Assembly: GCA_963699545.1 (NCBI GenBank)
Contig: CAVOUE010000003.1
Location: forward strand, 128,001-192,000
DNA from: Nitrospirota bacterium
GTDB taxonomy: Bacteria; Nitrospirota; Thermodesulfovibrionia; Thermodesulfovibrionales; UBA9159
Reading direction: 5' to 3'
Length of the DNA: 64,000 bases
Part shown: piece by piece, positions 61,092 through 64,000 of the stretch
Layout: each line of letters starts with the position of its first letter
Numbering within the stretch: the stretch's first letter is position 1
Made by a program: the position numbers and the translations under genes
Notes under the pieces: generated by a model
Told to the model about the DNA's origin: nothing
Seen by the model: only the letters and a program-made list of their open reading frames with translations
The model's database searches: none

Positions 61092-62591
61092 ATGAAGACC
61101 TTTGAACCCTACGTCTTTCTGAGAAAAAAGAGGTACTGGATCTTTTCCTCCGTCCTTTTCATGCTGATGGTTGCCCGCACCTGGACCGGTTTCTGGCTTG
61201 GTGATTTTTGGGAACATGCGGCGGTTGTCCGGGAGCTTGCAACAAACCCCCTCTCGCCCGGACACCCCCAACTGCTCGTGGAAGCTCAGCACGCCTATTT
61301 TTCCCCTTACAGCCTCGGTGTCGCCCTGCTTGCAAGGATTATGGACCTCAACCCAATCTCTTCCCTCGCCCTCGCAGGGCTGGGGAATCTTGTCTTATTC
61401 CTCATCGCTTTCCGGTGGTTCATCGTCCTCTTCTTTGATGACCATGGGGATGCGATACCTTTCTATGCCCTCGTATTCATCCTCATGCTCTGGGGAAGAG
61501 ACCCGTGGTTCTGGAGTGCCTTTTTTCATATCTCCGTCCTGGGCTTTGTCCTGCCCTATCCGTCCACTTTTGCTTCTGCGTGCGTATTCATTTCGTTCGG
61601 GCTTTACCTGACGCACCTGAAGACCGGGAAGATCATCTATGTCCTGTTGCTTATCCCGGTCATAAGCGTGGTTTTCCTCACTCACCCCACGACCGCGGTT
61701 GTAATGTGCATCGCCCTGACATCCTTTTCCCTGGGCTTCCCGGAGAGGGTTTTGTTCCGGAACGTCATGACCCTCTTCGCTGCCTTTATGATCTCCTTCA
61801 CCATAGCCGCTGCCTGGCCGTATTATAGCTTCATCTCGCTCATCACCGTGCAGTCTCCCGATTTTCACGGGCACAGCAGGCTGCTGTATCAGCACGTCCT
61901 CAGCAGAACCTTTCCTGCACTGATCGGCATCCCCCTGCTCGTCATCAGGCTCAGAAAGAATATCCTTGATCCCCTGGCCCTGACCTTCCTGGGATTAACC
62001 GCGGTTTACTTCTACGGCTATATTTCGGATCTATGGGGATACGGCAGGGTTATTTCCCATATGGTAATGGTTCTTCAGATCTCGCTCGCTTGGCTCACAG
62101 CCCGCGTCGAGTCGCGATGGCAGGCTGATAAGGCTGTCGTGAAAGTGAGCTGTGCGGCCATGCTTTTGCTGTCCGCCATATATGTTTTTAAGATGGCAAC
62201 CTACAAAGGAGAGGATTACCAGAAATATTCAATCCTCTCCCGGTACACGAAGCAGTACGACCTTGTCTTGTCAGACCTGCAGACGAGCTTGTATATACCC
62301 GTCTTTGGGGGCAAGGTCATAGCGCATCCCTATCCCGTCTACTTTGTCGCGGATCATGCGGAGAGGAGGAGGGACCTCGTGCATTTTTTTGATCAGGCGA
62401 CCACGAATCAGGAGAGGGTGGAGATCATCAGGAAATACCAGCCGGCTTTTCTGCTCTACAAGAGGGCTTTTTCAAGAACAAGCCCCTCGCTCTATAATTC
62501 CTTAGGGCAGTTCGGCACGGTCATCTATTCGGACGGGGATTTTATATTGCTGTCCCTGAAAAAAGCGTCATCGGAGCGTCAGCAAAATTGA
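61092..62591 (+). CDS. Polytopic membrane protein, possibly GT-C glycosyltransferase-like
   Basis: About 11-12 TM; GDFWEH in first loop; soluble C-terminal domain. Confidence 0.6.
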   Translation: MKTFEPYVFLRKKRYWIFSSVLFMLMVARTWTGFWLGDFWEHAAVVRELATNPLSPGHPQLLVEAQHAYFSPYSLGVALLARIMDLNPISSLALAGLGNLVLFLIAFRWFIVLFFDDHGDAIPFYALVFILMLWGRDPWFWSAFFHISVLGFVLPYPSTFASACVFISFGLYLTHLKTGKIIYVLLLIPVISVVFLTHPTTAVVMCIALTSFSLGFPERVLFRNVMTLFAAFMISFTIAAAWPYYSFISLITVQSPDFHGHSRLLYQHVLSRTFPALIGIPLLVIRLRKNILDPLALTFLGLTAVYFYGYISDLWGYGRVISHMVMVLQISLAWLTARVESRWQADKAVVKVSCAAMLLLSAIYVFKMATYKGEDYQKYSILSRYTKQYDLVLSDLQTSLYIPVFGGKVIAHPYPVYFVADHAERRRDLVHFFDQATTNQERVEIIRKYQPAFLLYKRAFSRTSPSLYNSLGQFGTVIYSDGDFILLSLKKASSERQQN

Positions 62592-62645
62592 TTATCTCAA
62601 GAAATAACTTTTATTTTTTAAGGACTTCTGGAATGAGTTGGAGAG

Positions 62646-62669
62646 GTTCGCATCTCATCCCCGCCGCCA
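62646..62669 (+). repeat. Degenerate duplicate of the tRNA-Ser 3' end (att-like)
   Basis: GTTCGCATCTCATCCCCGCCGCCA vs GTTCGAATCTCACCCCCTCCGCCA (61010-61033): 21/24. Confidence 0.8.
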
Positions 62670-62739
62670 TGTGAACTGAGTTACCAAACCTAAAATTACA
62701 AGTTGACAACGGCATGTTTTCATGATAAAAGATAATTAG

Positions 62740-62820
62740 TCCCGACAAGGCCTAACCCTCTGTGAGGAGGCGACGGAAAGCGGCGGGTCTTAAGAGAAGA
62801 TGGCCGAGCTGCCGAAGGAA
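62740..62820 (+). promoter_or_regulatory. c-di-GMP-I (GEMM-I) riboswitch
   Basis: CGACAAGGCCTAACC-stem-GTGA tetraloop-GACGGAAAG-P3-TGCCGAA; TTGACA at 62703 upstream. Confidence 0.85.
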
Positions 62821-62917
62821 GGAACCTTTGGTTTGTTCGGCTTTTTACTTTGTGAGACGATGGCTTGATAAGAGACCACTGTAATGACTGGGGTAACTGA
62901 AAGAAGAGAGTGAACCC

Positions 62918-64000
62918 ATGATCCTCGAAGAGGTAGTAAATTTTCTGAAAAAGGAGCCCCCTTTTCAGTTTCTCGATGACGCTGCCCTGAGGTCCGTTGC
63001 CGACAGTTTATCAATTGAATTCTATCCCAAAGATACCGTCATCCTGAAACAGGACGGTCCTCCCAGTGTCTTCCCTCAGGGTCATCAAGAAGGGGGCTGT
63101 AAAGGTCTTCATGAAATCGGAAAGTGGGAGACGAGGTCCCGGTGGATTACAAGGGGGAAGGGGATAACTTCGGCTTCTCATCCATGATCGGTCAGGACAT
63201 TCAGAGGACAACGGTCGTCGCCGTTGATGATACCATCTGCTATTTGCTCCGTAAGGAAAGGGTCTTAAAACTGCTGGAGTCAAGCCCTGCGTTCTCTGAG
63301 TACTTTATGTCCTATCTCTCAAAATATCTCGACAGGACTCATAAGGAGATGCAGGGCAAGAGCATGTTCTACGGCAGCAGTGGCCGCGTTTTATTTACCA
63401 CCCCTGTGGAGGATATCGCAAAAGAGGTTGTTCTCCGTAGGGGAAGAGACATCCATACAGGAAGCAGCGCAGCTCATGGCAAAAAAGAAAATAGGCTCTC
63501 TCATAATCCTTGATAAGAGGAATCTCCCCGTCGGCATCGTGACCGAGAAGGACCTCAGTGAAAAAGTGGTGGCAAAGGCAAGAAGCGTATCTGAACCCGT
63601 GAAAAATATTATGACCATCTCGCTCATACGGGTCGATGCGAGCGATCCCTGTTTCGAGGCTGTCCTAAAGATGATCAAGTACAACATTCATCATATGCTC
63701 GTCATTAAGGAGGGGGCCCTGAAAGGTATTATGACCGATCATGATCTTACGCTCCCCCAGGCGGCATCTCCCCTGTCCTCTGCAAGCGATGTGGAGAACC
63801 AGCAGACCATTGACGGGCTTATCCCGGCATCAGTGAAGATGGACACCATAGTCGGGATGCTTCTCGAAGAGGGAACCAAGGCAAGCTGCATTACAAAGAT
63901 TATCACCGAAATCAATGACAGGCTCGTAAAGAAGGTTCTCGAGATCGCTGAGAAGACACACGGGCAACCTCCCGTTCCCTATTGCTGGATCGCCTCCGGC
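62918..64000 (+). CDS. cNMP-binding + CBS protein, probably with a DUF294 nucleotidyltransferase-like domain; frameshifted and truncated by window end
   Basis: FLKKEPPFQFL, cNMP GEGDNFG, CBS GIVTEKDL, ITEINDRLV...PPVPYCWI. Confidence 0.8.

Noticed and set aside
1512-64000. Frameshifts in int, several glycosyltransferases, hisA, MerR, PBP1A, the kinase, hppA, qmoA and the final gene as pseudogenes or programmed frameshifting
   Set aside because: Scattered single-base indels, several at short homopolymers, in otherwise intact core genes; most simply long-read assembly errors. Read polishing would decide.
1-64000. CRISPR array, rRNA or IS transposase
   Set aside because: No spaced repeat array, cas gene, rRNA-like stretch or transposase motif seen

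Overview
A 64-kb bacterial chromosome segment. Gene content suggests an anaerobic dissimilatory sulfur-metabolising organism, plausibly Nitrospirota/Thermodesulfovibrionia-like (inference only). In order: (1) the end of an integrative element (Zn-repeat ORF, excisionase, XRE regulator, tyrosine integrase) abutting tRNA-Val(CAC); (2) a ~14-kb LPS core/O-antigen ligase cluster; (3) hisA, hisF, rfaE1, a MerR regulator, PBP1A and class II ribonucleotide reductase nrdJ with NrdR boxes; (4) a mixed region with a nested-hairpin element, a sensor kinase, a small cytochrome c, two histone-H1-tailed proteins (SWIB and desulforedoxin-like), and a triple-GAF/glutaredoxin/ferredoxin-thioredoxin-reductase locus; (5) adk-sat-aprBA-qmoABC-CBS-hppA, where sat has a foreign codon signature and resembles sulfur-oxidiser enzymes; (6) rdgB, hisI, a structured intergenic RNA candidate, HIT, YceI; (7) an AT-rich islet at tRNA-Leu(GAG) and a one-gene islet bounded by a duplicated tRNA-Ser(TGA) 3' end; (8) a c-di-GMP-I riboswitch ahead of a cNMP/CBS protein. 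About 15 genes carry single-base frameshifts, most likely sequencing/assembly indels. No CRISPR array or rRNA was seen. All assignments are by eye; no searches were run.
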